Positions 40,343 through 48,926 are shown, numbered from the stretch's first letter. The stretch is 64,000 bases of DNA from a bacterium (GCA_023266935.1 JAHFOF010000002.1:4469-68468); one strand, 5' to 3'. The notes: generated from the sequence alone by a model not told the origin. Translations and numbers: made by a program.

Positions 40343-40431
40343 AACAACCTCAAGGTTGAAGAAATTCGAACTATCTAAATCATTGATACCAAAATTTATA
40401 ATCGGAGTCAACACGATTGACGAGGTCCTAC

Positions 40432-40487
40432 CTTGTCATAATTTTTATAAAAAGAAACCCCGTAGTCATGTAGACCTACGGGGGTTG
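40432..40487 (-). terminator. Terminator module, copy 1 (repeated at 41082-41130)
   Basis: On the minus strand a CCCCGTAG..CTACGGGG hairpin then TTTCTTTTT; shared CTTGTCATAATTTTTATAAAAAGAAA. Confidence 0.7.
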
Positions 40488-40957
40488 AATGTATTGCACC
40501 TCCCAGATTCGCACGACTCTTTCCATATGTGACTAAAGTCGGTCATCTTGGTGCTATGGGTCTTCCAGAACTCTCCGAGGAGAGATGATTTAAATCGATT
40601 TGCAGTATTCATGCAGTGACTATTCAATCCTCTTGTCACTACACTACACCCGCAAACCTAAAAAACCGCCAGTGGCCTAGTAGGTACCAAGTTTGAGAAC
40701 TACCTGAACTCTCAAACTTATGAGGATTTACCTACTGCTCGAATTACGAGGGTTTATTCTTCACTCTCCGAAGAGAGATTGGAATCTCGCTCCCAAAACC
40801 AATATATACAACTTAGTTATGAGAGCCTTGGAATCCGGAATGTTCACGGTCGACCTTGGATGGTTGCGTGGTCTCGGCTAGACTAGTTTCACCTCATGCC
40901 ACGCATTCCATCGAGCCAGATCATGTAACTCCATTCAGTGATTCTAATACTCGTTCT
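40488..40957 (-). ncRNA. Candidate structured non-coding RNA, about 500 nt
   Basis: No ORF of 60 aa or more spans it; nested hairpins including a C(UUCG)G loop on the minus strand; bounded by promoter and terminator. Confidence 0.5.
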
Positions 40958-40963
40958 GTTTCT

Positions 40964-41052
40964 AGCCTAGCATAACAAATCATAAATGTCAAGCAAATTA
41001 TCATTTCATATTGCTTAATAGTCAAAAAACAGCTCTATTGAGCTGTTTTTTG
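40964..41052 (-). promoter_or_regulatory. Terminator+promoter module, copy 1 (repeated at 41387-41474)
   Basis: AAAAAACAGCTC-tatt-GAGCTGTTTTTT hairpin; TTGACA(40987-92)-17-TAGGCT with extended TG. Confidence 0.7.
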
Positions 41053-41130
41053 GGAGCTAATTTAGAATAGTGAGCCCCTGTCTTGTCATAATTTTTATAA
41101 AAAGAAAACCGCAGTCGTTTGACTGGGTTG

Positions 41131-41380
41131 TTTGATACCCGGAGGCACCTGGCCTCTCAAGCTGAATCTTGAGGCCAGATGTCTGCGGGTTGTTCTACGG
41201 CGCGCCGGCGGAGTGCTTACTCGCCGCGTGCGGCCGTCGAGAACGTCGCCGTGTGCACGTGAGCCAATTCGTACATGGACCTGCTGTTCTGGGTGCCATC
41301 GCGGACCCTGTGCATGTTGCCTCTCGACGTTGAGGGTAGAAGAGCATGTCGGTCACATAGGGAGCGTCCCTTGACCTGAC
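41131..41380 (-). ncRNA. Candidate GC-rich structured RNA (or small-peptide gene), about 280-nt transcript
   Basis: Long hairpin 41138-41189, GTCGAGA/TCTCGAC stem; between duplicated promoter and terminator modules. Confidence 0.4.
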
Positions 41381-41386
41381 CTTTTT

Positions 41387-41474
41387 ATCGTAGCACAGTA
41401 TAAAAATAATGTCAAGCGAATTATCATTTCATATTGTATAGTTACCAAAAAACAGCCCTGTTGAGCTGTTTTTT
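41387..41474 (-). promoter_or_regulatory. Terminator+promoter module, copy 2 (hairpin also serves as the prfA terminator)
   Basis: TTGACA(41410-15)-17-TACGAT with extended TG; AAAAAACAGC..GCTGTTTTTT hairpin. Confidence 0.7.
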
Positions 41475-41494
41475 GAAAGCTGATTTTAATTTTG

Positions 41495-42472
41495 TTATTC
41501 CTCCCCTTCTCCCGTGCCGAATTCTTTGGCATTTTGGAGCGCATCGATGATTGGATCCATATAGCCGAGGAAGATTTTTTCTATGTTATGCCAATTTTCT
41601 TTTATTCGGTGATCTGTAATGCGATCTTGGAGAATATTATAAGTACGAATCTTTTCTGAACGGTCGGCTGTGCCTATCTGATCCTTCCTGTTCGCTGAAT
41701 GTTTCGCTGTTTCTTCTTCATCATGTTTGGCTTGAAGCTTGGCTATTAAAATAGACATGGCCATCTCTCGATTCTTCAACTGATTCCTCTGTGAAGTTGA
41801 ACGCACATCTATACCTGTGGCTTTATGAATAATCCTCACCGCTGTCTCAACCTTGTTCACGTTTTGCCCGCCCGCACCTCCTGAACGAGAAGTTTCTATC
41901 TCGATGTCTGTTGGTTTTATCTCTATAGTCGTCTTTTTCCTGATGGGCAGAATAGCCACAGAAGCAGTCGATGTGTGCACTCGACCCATCTTCTCTGTGG
42001 CCGGCACACGTTGAATACGATGAACGCCTGTCTCAAACCTTAGATTTTTATAGACCCCCATACCTCGGATTTCAAACGCTGCTTCTTTGTACCCACCTAT
42101 GGATGTTTCTGAAGTATAAATTGTTTCCACTCCCCAACCCTTTAACCGAGCATATTTGATATACATATCAGCCAACTTTTGAGCAAAGAGAGCTGCTTCT
42201 TCTCCACCTGCTCCAGCACGAACTTCCAGAATGATTTCATTTGGAAATTCCTCATCCTTTTCTTCCTCCTTTAATATTTCATCCATTTGTTTAAGGAGAG
42301 TTTCTTTTTCTCGAACAAAATTAGACAACTCTTCATCGGCCAACGCTTTCATCGATGGATCTCCGGCCGAAATAGTTTTTAGTTCTTCTTCATCCTTTTC
42401 TAAACGTACATAAGTCTCCGCGAGGTAAGCGGTCTTTGGGTTGTTTTTATATTTTGATAAATCAGAGTTCAC
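41495..42472 (-). CDS. prfA: Peptide chain release factor 1
   Basis: [12 protein letters not shown] (PxT), [10 protein letters not shown] and RSEKIRTYN motifs. Confidence 0.95.
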   Translation of the reverse strand: MNSDLSKYKNNPKTAYLAETYVRLEKDEEELKTISAGDPSMKALADEELSNFVREKETLLKQMDEILKEEEKDEEFPNEIILEVRAGAGGEEAALFAQKLADMYIKYARLKGWGVETIYTSETSIGGYKEAAFEIRGMGVYKNLRFETGVHRIQRVPATEKMGRVHTSTASVAILPIRKKTTIEIKPTDIEIETSRSGGAGGQNVNKVETAVRIIHKATGIDVRSTSQRNQLKNREMAMSILIAKLQAKHDEEETAKHSANRKDQIGTADRSEKIRTYNILQDRITDHRIKENWHNIEKIFLGYMDPIIDALQNAKEFGTGEGEE

Positions 42473-42757
42473 TTATTTCTTGCTGGTCTTCTTTGCCTTC
42501 TTTGGAGTAGCTTTGGCTTGTTTCAATTTAAATCTTTCTACACGACCAGCTGTGTCGAGAACCTTGTCTAGACCAGTATAAAACGGATGAGAGCTCGAAG
42601 AGATTTCGATATTAAAAAGCGGATATTCTTTCTTATCAATCTTGGATTTCTTAGTTTCTTTGGTAACTACAGTCGAAGGTATGATAAATTCTACACCGTT
42701 TGAAGAGTCGACAAATAGTACTGGTCTATAAGTATTTGGGTGAATATCTTTTTTCAT
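42473..42757 (-). CDS. rpmE: 50S ribosomal protein L31 type B
   Basis: MKKDIHP...EISSSSHPFYTG..GRVERF; no Cys. Confidence 0.93.
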   Translation of the reverse strand: MKKDIHPNTYRPVLFVDSSNGVEFIIPSTVVTKETKKSKIDKKEYPLFNIEISSSSHPFYTGLDKVLDTAGRVERFKLKQAKATPKKAKKTSKK

Positions 42758-42780
42758 TAGGTATGAACTATAGCAGAGAA

Positions 42781-44178
42781 TTAGATGCCCTGCAATGGGT
42801 CAATCATGGTGGTTTGAATCTTGGTAGCGAGAGCCATAACCGAGTTTCCATACGAATTCGCATAGCTCGTCTTACAACTCGAACCAGAATAATATCGGCA
42901 AGCAGCATTTTTCTGTGCTGTATAACTTGTTGAATTTGCTCCTAGGTCACCAAGGTAAATCGCTGAAGCGAAGAGAGCATCTCGGGCATTCCAAGGATCA
43001 GGATTGTTGTGTCCAGATAAAGAAGCAATCCGATTGGAGAAAAGTTTCCATGTAGAAGGAATAAATTGAGCAGGTCCCATCGCCCCACCCCAACCAATAG
43101 GATTCTTTTTTGAATCGTACAGTGGTTGCCAGCATGAGACACGAGTATTGTATGGGTCACCTCCAACTTTTGAAAGGATATCTATAAAGATCGGGATATC
43201 TCTCGTTGGATTCATCACTCTTGATTTTGGAGTTCCCGTATTGGCACCCTTTCCATCTCCAGTATTAGTATCAGTGATATAACAAGACCCAACATTTTGT
43301 CCGAGATTAGATTCTTGGGTCAAGATGGCTAAAAGAAATGCTGGGTCAACCCCAGTTTTCGCTCCAGCTTCTTGGGCATATTGAAGAGCTGTACCGAAAG
43401 GAATGGCCGCTGTGTCTCTAAGGCCGAACAGGGCTGCGCGAATTTGAGCCGCTTTGGCTTGCTTGTCTGCGATGACTGTCGAATATGTTTTTTCTCTATT
43501 CTGACTTTCGGCTAAAAGAGTTTTCTTTTGAGCTTGATTTAATTCAACTTGTTTTTTCGCTGTCTCTATGGCCGCTCGAGCATCTGCTTCTTCATCTTGT
43601 TTTTTCTTTAGAGCATCCTTTTCTTGTTGGGTTTGTATCTTTACTCCACGCAATTCAGCAAAGACATTTTCCAAAGCATGACTCGTCGCAGAATAAGTAT
43701 CTATGTCCACAAAAAATTCAGAGAAATCTTTATTTGAAAGGATTGTTTCTGGTAAGGTATATTCGTCTATTAAACTAGTCTTCCTCAGAATTTCGGCGAG
43801 AGTGGCTCGTCCGGTTTCGATTTTGTTATCCAAAGTAGTAATAGTGGTTTGCTTGGCTACGATGTCTTTACCCAAATTGGCTATGGCTATGTTTTTTGCT
43901 TTGATATTTGTTTGGGCAATATTTATTTTTGCCGTCAAAGCAGCGACTTCTTGGGCAAAAGATGCGCTGTCTTGTTTGGTGCTATTTAAAATCGCTGTCC
44001 ATTTATCTATTTCTGCCTGACAAGCGTCTTGAGCAACGAGGAGTTGAGCTCGACTTTGACCAGAAATATCTCCACTACAAGGATCAGTGGCCGCCTGAAT
44101 TATAGGAATACGAAAAGAAAAACCAAATAGGATTGTGATGAACGCTATGAAAAATCTAAATGAGCGTAAGGTGAACAT
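42781..44178 (-). CDS. Coiled-coil protein with a C-terminal lytic transglycosylase (SLT) domain
   Basis: Signal peptide, long coiled coil, AILTQES, GAMGPAQFIPSTW, DPWN. Confidence 0.85.
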   Translation of the reverse strand: MFTLRSFRFFIAFITILFGFSFRIPIIQAATDPCSGDISGQSRAQLLVAQDACQAEIDKWTAILNSTKQDSASFAQEVAALTAKINIAQTNIKAKNIAIANLGKDIVAKQTTITTLDNKIETGRATLAEILRKTSLIDEYTLPETILSNKDFSEFFVDIDTYSATSHALENVFAELRGVKIQTQQEKDALKKKQDEEADARAAIETAKKQVELNQAQKKTLLAESQNREKTYSTVIADKQAKAAQIRAALFGLRDTAAIPFGTALQYAQEAGAKTGVDPAFLLAILTQESNLGQNVGSCYITDTNTGDGKGANTGTPKSRVMNPTRDIPIFIDILSKVGGDPYNTRVSCWQPLYDSKKNPIGWGGAMGPAQFIPSTWKLFSNRIASLSGHNNPDPWNARDALFASAIYLGDLGANSTSYTAQKNAACRYYSGSSCKTSYANSYGNSVMALATKIQTTMIDPLQGI

Positions 44179-44198
44179 AAGAAAAATCTTCAAGAAGA

Positions 44199-44861
44199 TT
44201 ATTCTGCTTTTGGAGTCTCTGTTGTTTCTGCACCATCTTCTACAACTTCGTCTTTGCCTTTCTTCTCTACTTCTATAGCTTCAAGGTCAATAGGTGCGAC
44301 CTCCTCTTCTTTTTCTTGTCGAGGTTCGGCTACAAGTGCCACCACTTCTTCTGGATTTTCAAGCAAGGTGACACCTGCGGGCAAAACGATGTCTTTGGCC
44401 AAAACGTGACTGTGGAAATCTACGAGCGGAGTAACGTCAATCTTCAAATCGTGCGGGAGGTCTTTGGGCATCGCTTCAATCTTCAAGGCATGAATAACTT
44501 TGACCAAAGTTCCTCCCAAATCTTTTACCGCAAGAGAAACTCCGTCAAATTCAAGAGGAACCTCGACCTCAACTTTGTGGCCCTTTTCGAAAACATAGAA
44601 ATCTGCGTGCCTAGGAGTGCCTTTCACTGGATCAAAGTCTATATCATGGATAAGAGACTCCTTTTCGCCTTCTGGGGTTTCTAGGACAACCACAGAAGAT
44701 TCTCCGGCTTGCTTCCAAACCTTGAGGAAATCGACCATATTTAGAGAAATAGAGGTCGAAGGTTCCTTTTTGCCATAAAAGACTGCGGGCATTTGTCCCG
44801 CTTTTCGAATTGCCTCTGGAGATACGCTTTGGTCGCGTAACTGGGCCTTTAAAGTAATCAT
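44199..44861 (-). CDS. rplY: 50S ribosomal protein L25/Ctc
   Basis: PAVFYG and HADFY motifs, C-terminal beta domain. Confidence 0.93.
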   Translation of the reverse strand: MITLKAQLRDQSVSPEAIRKAGQMPAVFYGKKEPSTSISLNMVDFLKVWKQAGESSVVVLETPEGEKESLIHDIDFDPVKGTPRHADFYVFEKGHKVEVEVPLEFDGVSLAVKDLGGTLVKVIHALKIEAMPKDLPHDLKIDVTPLVDFHSHVLAKDIVLPAGVTLLENPEEVVALVAEPRQEKEEEVAPIDLEAIEVEKKGKDEVVEDGAETTETPKAE

Positions 44862-44870
44862 CCCTCTATT

Positions 44871-46505
44871 CTACTCGATTGCTATGTGATTTTCAAGATA
44901 TTCGATAGTTCCACCTACTTTTTTGCCTGGATTAAAGATATTCAGAGGGTCAAAGATTTCTTTGGTTTTTTTAAATAATTCCAAGATTTCTGGTTTAAAC
45001 ATCTTGTTCAAATACGGAGTTCGGACTATGCCGTCATTGTGTTCACCTGTAATGGAGCCTTTGTATTCGGCCACGAGGTCATAAATCTTGTCTCCCACTT
45101 CCTTTATCACTCTGATATTTTCCTTTTTATGCATATCCATGAGTGGGATGATGTGAAAATTCCCATTGCCCGCATGACCAGAAATGGTATAAACCAATTT
45201 ATAATCATCCAAAATCTTTTTCATTTTGGGCAAGAAGGCGGGCATGTCTTTCGGCTGGACCACCACATCATCCACGAACGGAGCCGTGCGTGAACCGTGA
45301 ATATGTTTGCGAAGGAGGCTAAAGCTCTCTCGACGAATAGTCCAATACTTGTTCGACTCTTCTTCAGATTTAGTTTTCCTCATGATGAATCCGAAATGAG
45401 CAATTTTATTTTCCAAATCATCCAATTTTTTGTTGACTTCTGGTTCTGTCTGACCGGCATATTCCACGAGAATAATTAATTTTGGTAATCCAAGACTACG
45501 AATCATCATGAAGGCTTCGGGAATAAATGAGAGGATAAGTTTAAAGAAATTTTTGACTTTCATAGTCTTTAACATTTCTGGGAAGAATTTAAACGCGAGC
45601 ATCATCGTCGCATCATCATAAGTTTCCAAACTCTCTGGATTGGTGGGTAAAATTTCATTCACCACATCTGCGAGGTGAGTCATATCTTTCAAAAAGATGA
45701 CAAAGAGTTTCGAAACTGGTTCGATAGGAACAAGTTTAACCTTCGCTTCGGTAACCAATCCGAGTGTACCTTGAGAACCGACGATGAGTTTATTTAAATC
45801 AAAAGTTTTCCCATCCCATACATTCCAGAGATAATAACCCGCAGAATTTTTTGAAACATTTGGTTTAGCTTCGATTATTATCTTTTTATTCGTTTCGATT
45901 AAATCGAAAACATTTTTATAAATATTGCCTTCAAAATCGTTCTGCTTTATTTTAAAATCTAATTCTGGTTTGAGAAGTGGTCGAATGGTATATTCGTTCC
46001 CATCAGAGAAAACTACTTTTGATTCGAGAATAAAGTTTTCCATCTTGCCGTAGCGCAAAGTTTTCTCTCCTGCACAGTTGTTGCCTATCATCCCTCCCAA
46101 AGCATTCATATTTTTCGAAGCCGTAAAACAAGGTAAAATAAGGCTTTTTTCAAGGGTTTTGGGTTCAAAATCTCTATAAAACACCCCCGGTTCGACTACT
46201 GTCCCATCCTTTTTTATCTCCCCCATCTTGTTCATGTATTTCATCACGTCTACGATGATTGATTCTCCAAGTGGTCCTCCAGCCATGCACGAACCCGCCG
46301 CACGAATAGTGATCGAGAGGGTCGGATCATTTTTTTTGTTTTCATTGACCCATCGCACTAAATTTTCTAAATCCTTTGCATCTTTGGGGAACACTACTAA
46401 TTTGGGTTTTACTTCAAACAAACTTGCATCGTGACTATAGAGCTTTAAAGTTTCTTCATCGTCCTGCACATCTCCCTTAAAAAATTTCCGGATTTCTTCT
46501 TTCAT
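44871..46505 (-). CDS. FAD-binding oxidoreductase (GlcD/D-lactate dehydrogenase family)
   Basis: GSQGTLG, GHAGNGNFH, GEHNDG and FDPLNIFNPGK motifs. Confidence 0.9.
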   Translation of the reverse strand: MKEEIRKFFKGDVQDDEETLKLYSHDASLFEVKPKLVVFPKDAKDLENLVRWVNENKKNDPTLSITIRAAGSCMAGGPLGESIIVDVMKYMNKMGEIKKDGTVVEPGVFYRDFEPKTLEKSLILPCFTASKNMNALGGMIGNNCAGEKTLRYGKMENFILESKVVFSDGNEYTIRPLLKPELDFKIKQNDFEGNIYKNVFDLIETNKKIIIEAKPNVSKNSAGYYLWNVWDGKTFDLNKLIVGSQGTLGLVTEAKVKLVPIEPVSKLFVIFLKDMTHLADVVNEILPTNPESLETYDDATMMLAFKFFPEMLKTMKVKNFFKLILSFIPEAFMMIRSLGLPKLIILVEYAGQTEPEVNKKLDDLENKIAHFGFIMRKTKSEEESNKYWTIRRESFSLLRKHIHGSRTAPFVDDVVVQPKDMPAFLPKMKKILDDYKLVYTISGHAGNGNFHIIPLMDMHKKENIRVIKEVGDKIYDLVAEYKGSITGEHNDGIVRTPYLNKMFKPEILELFKKTKEIFDPLNIFNPGKKVGGTIEYLENHIAIE

Positions 46506-47360
46506 TTATATTCGATTAAAAACTTTCAGTTTGGCCCGAACAATTTTTTTCATTTCTTCTACACCTTCGGCCATGAATTTATAAGGAGCTATTTCATCCG
46601 AACTCATGATACCCTTCTCGATTCCCTTTTTATAAGCCAAACGAAGTTCAGTATTTATATGAACCACACTGATACCCGCTTCTATCGCCTTTCTTACTTC
46701 TTCATCAGTATTTCCAGAAGCCCCGTGGAGAACTAAAGGCACTCCGACTGCTTTATGAATTTTTTTGATTAAAGGGATGTTTAATTTTGGTTCACCGGTT
46801 CGAATCAAACCATGCACATTTCCCACCGACGGAGCGAAGAGATCAACCATCGTTTCCTCTACAAACTTTTGAGCATCTTCTGGATGAGTTTGAGTAGCTG
46901 GAGAAACTCCATCAGGAATTTCATCTCGAAGAGTTGAACCAGAACCAATAAAGCCGAGCTCTCCTTCTACAAGAATGTTTGGATTTTTTTCTTTGGCATA
47001 TTTAACAACCTCTATGGTCATCATTTCATTTTCAAAAAATGGTTTCTCTGCTCCATCTATGATGACTGAATCAAAATTATTATTTATGGCTTCTTTAGAC
47101 GCTTCCACCGAATAAGTGTGGTCTGCATTCAGAAAAACGGGCTGACCTTTTTCTTTTTCTACTTGAACCAAAGCTCTGATTTCTGCCACACCCAAAAAAC
47201 TTCGTTCATTCTCCGAGACCCCAATAATTACTGGTACCCCGAGTTCTTTGGCTGACTCCACTACTGCCTTGAATCCTTCTGAATCAGAAACATTAAAATG
47301 CCCTATAGCAATTTTCTTTTCTTCAGCTTCTTTGATGTATTCGAGTAGGGATTTCATCAT
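46506..47360 (-). CDS. fba: Class II fructose-bisphosphate aldolase
   Basis: ADH, VEGELG, GNVHG, LVLHGASG and INTE motifs; true start MMKSLL. Confidence 0.92.
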   Translation of the reverse strand: MMKSLLEYIKEAEEKKIAIGHFNVSDSEGFKAVVESAKELGVPVIIGVSENERSFLGVAEIRALVQVEKEKGQPVFLNADHTYSVEASKEAINNNFDSVIIDGAEKPFFENEMMTIEVVKYAKEKNPNILVEGELGFIGSGSTLRDEIPDGVSPATQTHPEDAQKFVEETMVDLFAPSVGNVHGLIRTGEPKLNIPLIKKIHKAVGVPLVLHGASGNTDEEVRKAIEAGISVVHINTELRLAYKKGIEKGIMSSDEIAPYKFMAEGVEEMKKIVRAKLKVFNRI

Positions 47361-47379
47361 GATGATAATTTTAGCATAG

Positions 47380-47406
47380 AAAAAACCCACCATTGCTGGT
47401 GGGGTT
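47380..47406 (-). terminator. Intrinsic terminator closing the tas/array transcript
   Basis: Minus strand CCCACCA-GCAA-TGGTGGG-TTTTTT, directly after the last array unit. Confidence 0.85.
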
Positions 47407-47689
47407 GTCTGACAATTACTGGCTCGTTCCAAAGAACAGGCAGTTCTACGTCAGACAATTCTCGACAACTGTGCTTTCGTCTTGAAAGACAAAGAAATAC
47501 ACGTCGAGAAATTTTGCGGACAAAAGATAGAACGCTCTGTGAACAACAACAGCGTCGTCCGCATTATACAAAGAACTTTAGAGACACACTACTCCTCGTT
47601 CCTAAGAACAGTTGGCGAGTCGTCTCTCATAAACATTTGGTAAGGCAATTCTAGCATCGTCTGAAAGACACAACCGCCTACGCCTTACC
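47405..47689 (-). ncRNA. Stem-loop TIGR-like guide-RNA array, 5 units downstream of the tas gene
   Basis: Units 47405-47458, 47459-47510, 47515-47563, 47580-47627 and 47639-47689. On the plus strand each is outer arm-A-N9-(T/A)C-inner hairpin-A-N9-(T/A)C-complementary outer arm. Confidence 0.88.
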
Positions 47690-47694
47690 TTTTT

Positions 47695-48789
47695 CTACGC
47701 GGCTAGCTTGGCTCGCTTTTCGGCGGAACCTCCTTCGAGGTCCCACCATTCTCCGTAGAGCCATTCGGCGAACTTGGTAATCGTCCGCCAGAGTGCCATC
47801 TTGTGGATGTGGCCGTCGGTGTAGCGCTTCTTGCCACCGACTACGACCACTTCTGGATGCTTCTCGCGGAGTTTCACCTTGTACTCGCGGAGCTTCTTGC
47901 CCCAAACCGAGTCAGCCCGACGATTCATCTGGTCTCCGAAGAGATACATGGCCTGCCGACCAGCCGGGTTCCAGTTTGAAGTCTGGTTGCGACGACGACG
48001 AGCGAATGTCCCATCGGTGAGCACGTGCACTCCGAGGAAAGCCTTGAACTTGGGCTTGGTCTCGAAGCGACGGATGTCGCCGACGGCACTAATGATGCCG
48101 GCGGCAATCGATGATCCACATCCTTCAACCTTGCCGAAGATGTCGGTGAACACATCGAGCGCCTTGAGAGCTTTGGCCAAATCCTTGTCTCGAGCACTTT
48201 CTTCTGCTTCGAGATTCTGGAGGATGACCGAGGAAGCCTTCTCCTTATCGAAGAGGTCCTCGATCTGGCCTTCCGGATACGGGCCTTCGGGTCGACGGAA
48301 AGTCTTCCCAATAAAGCTCGTCCGGAGACGCTGTTCGCACGCGATGCGAGCCTTCATGGCTTCGATTCGCGCTCGATAGCACTCGGACACTTCGATGAGC
48401 GCCCTGTCACGAGCCCGCACTTCGTAGAAAAGTTCGGGCTTGGTGAAGATGAGTCGAGCGAGGAGCGTCGAATCTCCGTCCTTCTCCGCGTCACCACGCT
48501 CCGCCTTCAAGCGGTACGCAGGAATGCGGAAAACCTTTGCCCCCAAACCCTCCCCTGTGCGGGAAAGGGCGTAGGCCAAGCTGTCACCGGATCCTCCGAG
48601 AACCATCGCGATGCGATCGTTCTCCATGAGTCCGGTGCGGACGAATTCGAGTTCATCAGCCTCGGTCTTCTGGACCAAGACCTTAAACTCATCGCCATGA
48701 CGAATCGAAACTTCCGTCGGACGTGCCTCGCCTTCCGCGGTCTGCTTGACCCGGTGGCGAATGCCGATCACTCTACCTGTAGAAATCAA
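47695..48789 (-). CDS. Tas-like protein: degenerate RuvC-like domain + coiled coil + IS110/Nop-type RNA-binding domain
   Basis: GKVEGCGSSIAAGIISAVGDIRRF..KFKAFLGV and RRRRNQTSNWN C-terminal region; no IS110 SG catalytic serine; TTG start with GAAGGAG SD; GC-rich. Confidence 0.8.
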   Translation of the reverse strand: MISTGRVIGIRHRVKQTAEGEARPTEVSIRHGDEFKVLVQKTEADELEFVRTGLMENDRIAMVLGGSGDSLAYALSRTGEGLGAKVFRIPAYRLKAERGDAEKDGDSTLLARLIFTKPELFYEVRARDRALIEVSECYRARIEAMKARIACEQRLRTSFIGKTFRRPEGPYPEGQIEDLFDKEKASSVILQNLEAEESARDKDLAKALKALDVFTDIFGKVEGCGSSIAAGIISAVGDIRRFETKPKFKAFLGVHVLTDGTFARRRRNQTSNWNPAGRQAMYLFGDQMNRRADSVWGKKLREYKVKLREKHPEVVVVGGKKRYTDGHIHKMALWRTITKFAEWLYGEWWDLEGGSAEKRAKLAA

Positions 48790-48828
48790 AGTACTCTCCT
48801 TCTCGTCCGTTCAGGACATTGGGGGTTA

Positions 48829-48926
48829 GGGACAACAATTCAAACGTCTATTTAAGACATCAAGTAAATCGTCCCCGTGCTGTACATAGTACGTATCGTT
48901 ATTTGACACAGTGTTCATCGTACAGC
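48829..48926 (-). ncRNA. Stem-loop TIGR-like array, 2 units upstream of the tas gene
   Basis: Units 48829-48875 (GGGAC/GTCCC) and 48879-48926 (GCTGTAC/GTACAGC) with the same A-N9-(T/A)C spacing. Confidence 0.85.

Noticed and set aside
40497-40509. 13-bp match (CACCTCCCAGATT) to the tRNA-Thr 3' end (38055-38067) as an att site
   Set aside because: The intervening DNA holds core genes (tsf, rpsB), there is no integrase, and the bases are explained by a local hairpin; probably chance
41132-41374. 80-aa plus-strand ORF
   Set aside because: Antisense to the promoter/terminator orientation, TTG start without SD, non-protein-like composition
24440-42757. Cys-free L32 and L31 as a zinc-limitation system
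   Set aside because: Zn-free forms are common and these sit in their normal loci; no Zur-type context is visible
47361-47432. N-terminal extension of fba in the ORF track
   Set aside because: It overlaps the terminator and the last array unit; the MMKSLL start has an extended -10 just upstream
47405-47689. CRISPR array
   Set aside because: No identical direct repeats, spacers are only 9 nt, and there are no cas genes in the window
47678-48698. Overlapping ORFs (47831-48379 plus, 47925-48311 minus and others)
   Set aside because: Shadow frames of the GC-rich tas gene with no motifs or SD
47695-48789. Annotation as an ordinary IS110 transposase
   Set aside because: The RuvC DEDD tetrad is incomplete, the SG serine motif is absent, and the flanks hold seven dual-9-nt-spacer stem-loops rather than a single bridge RNA
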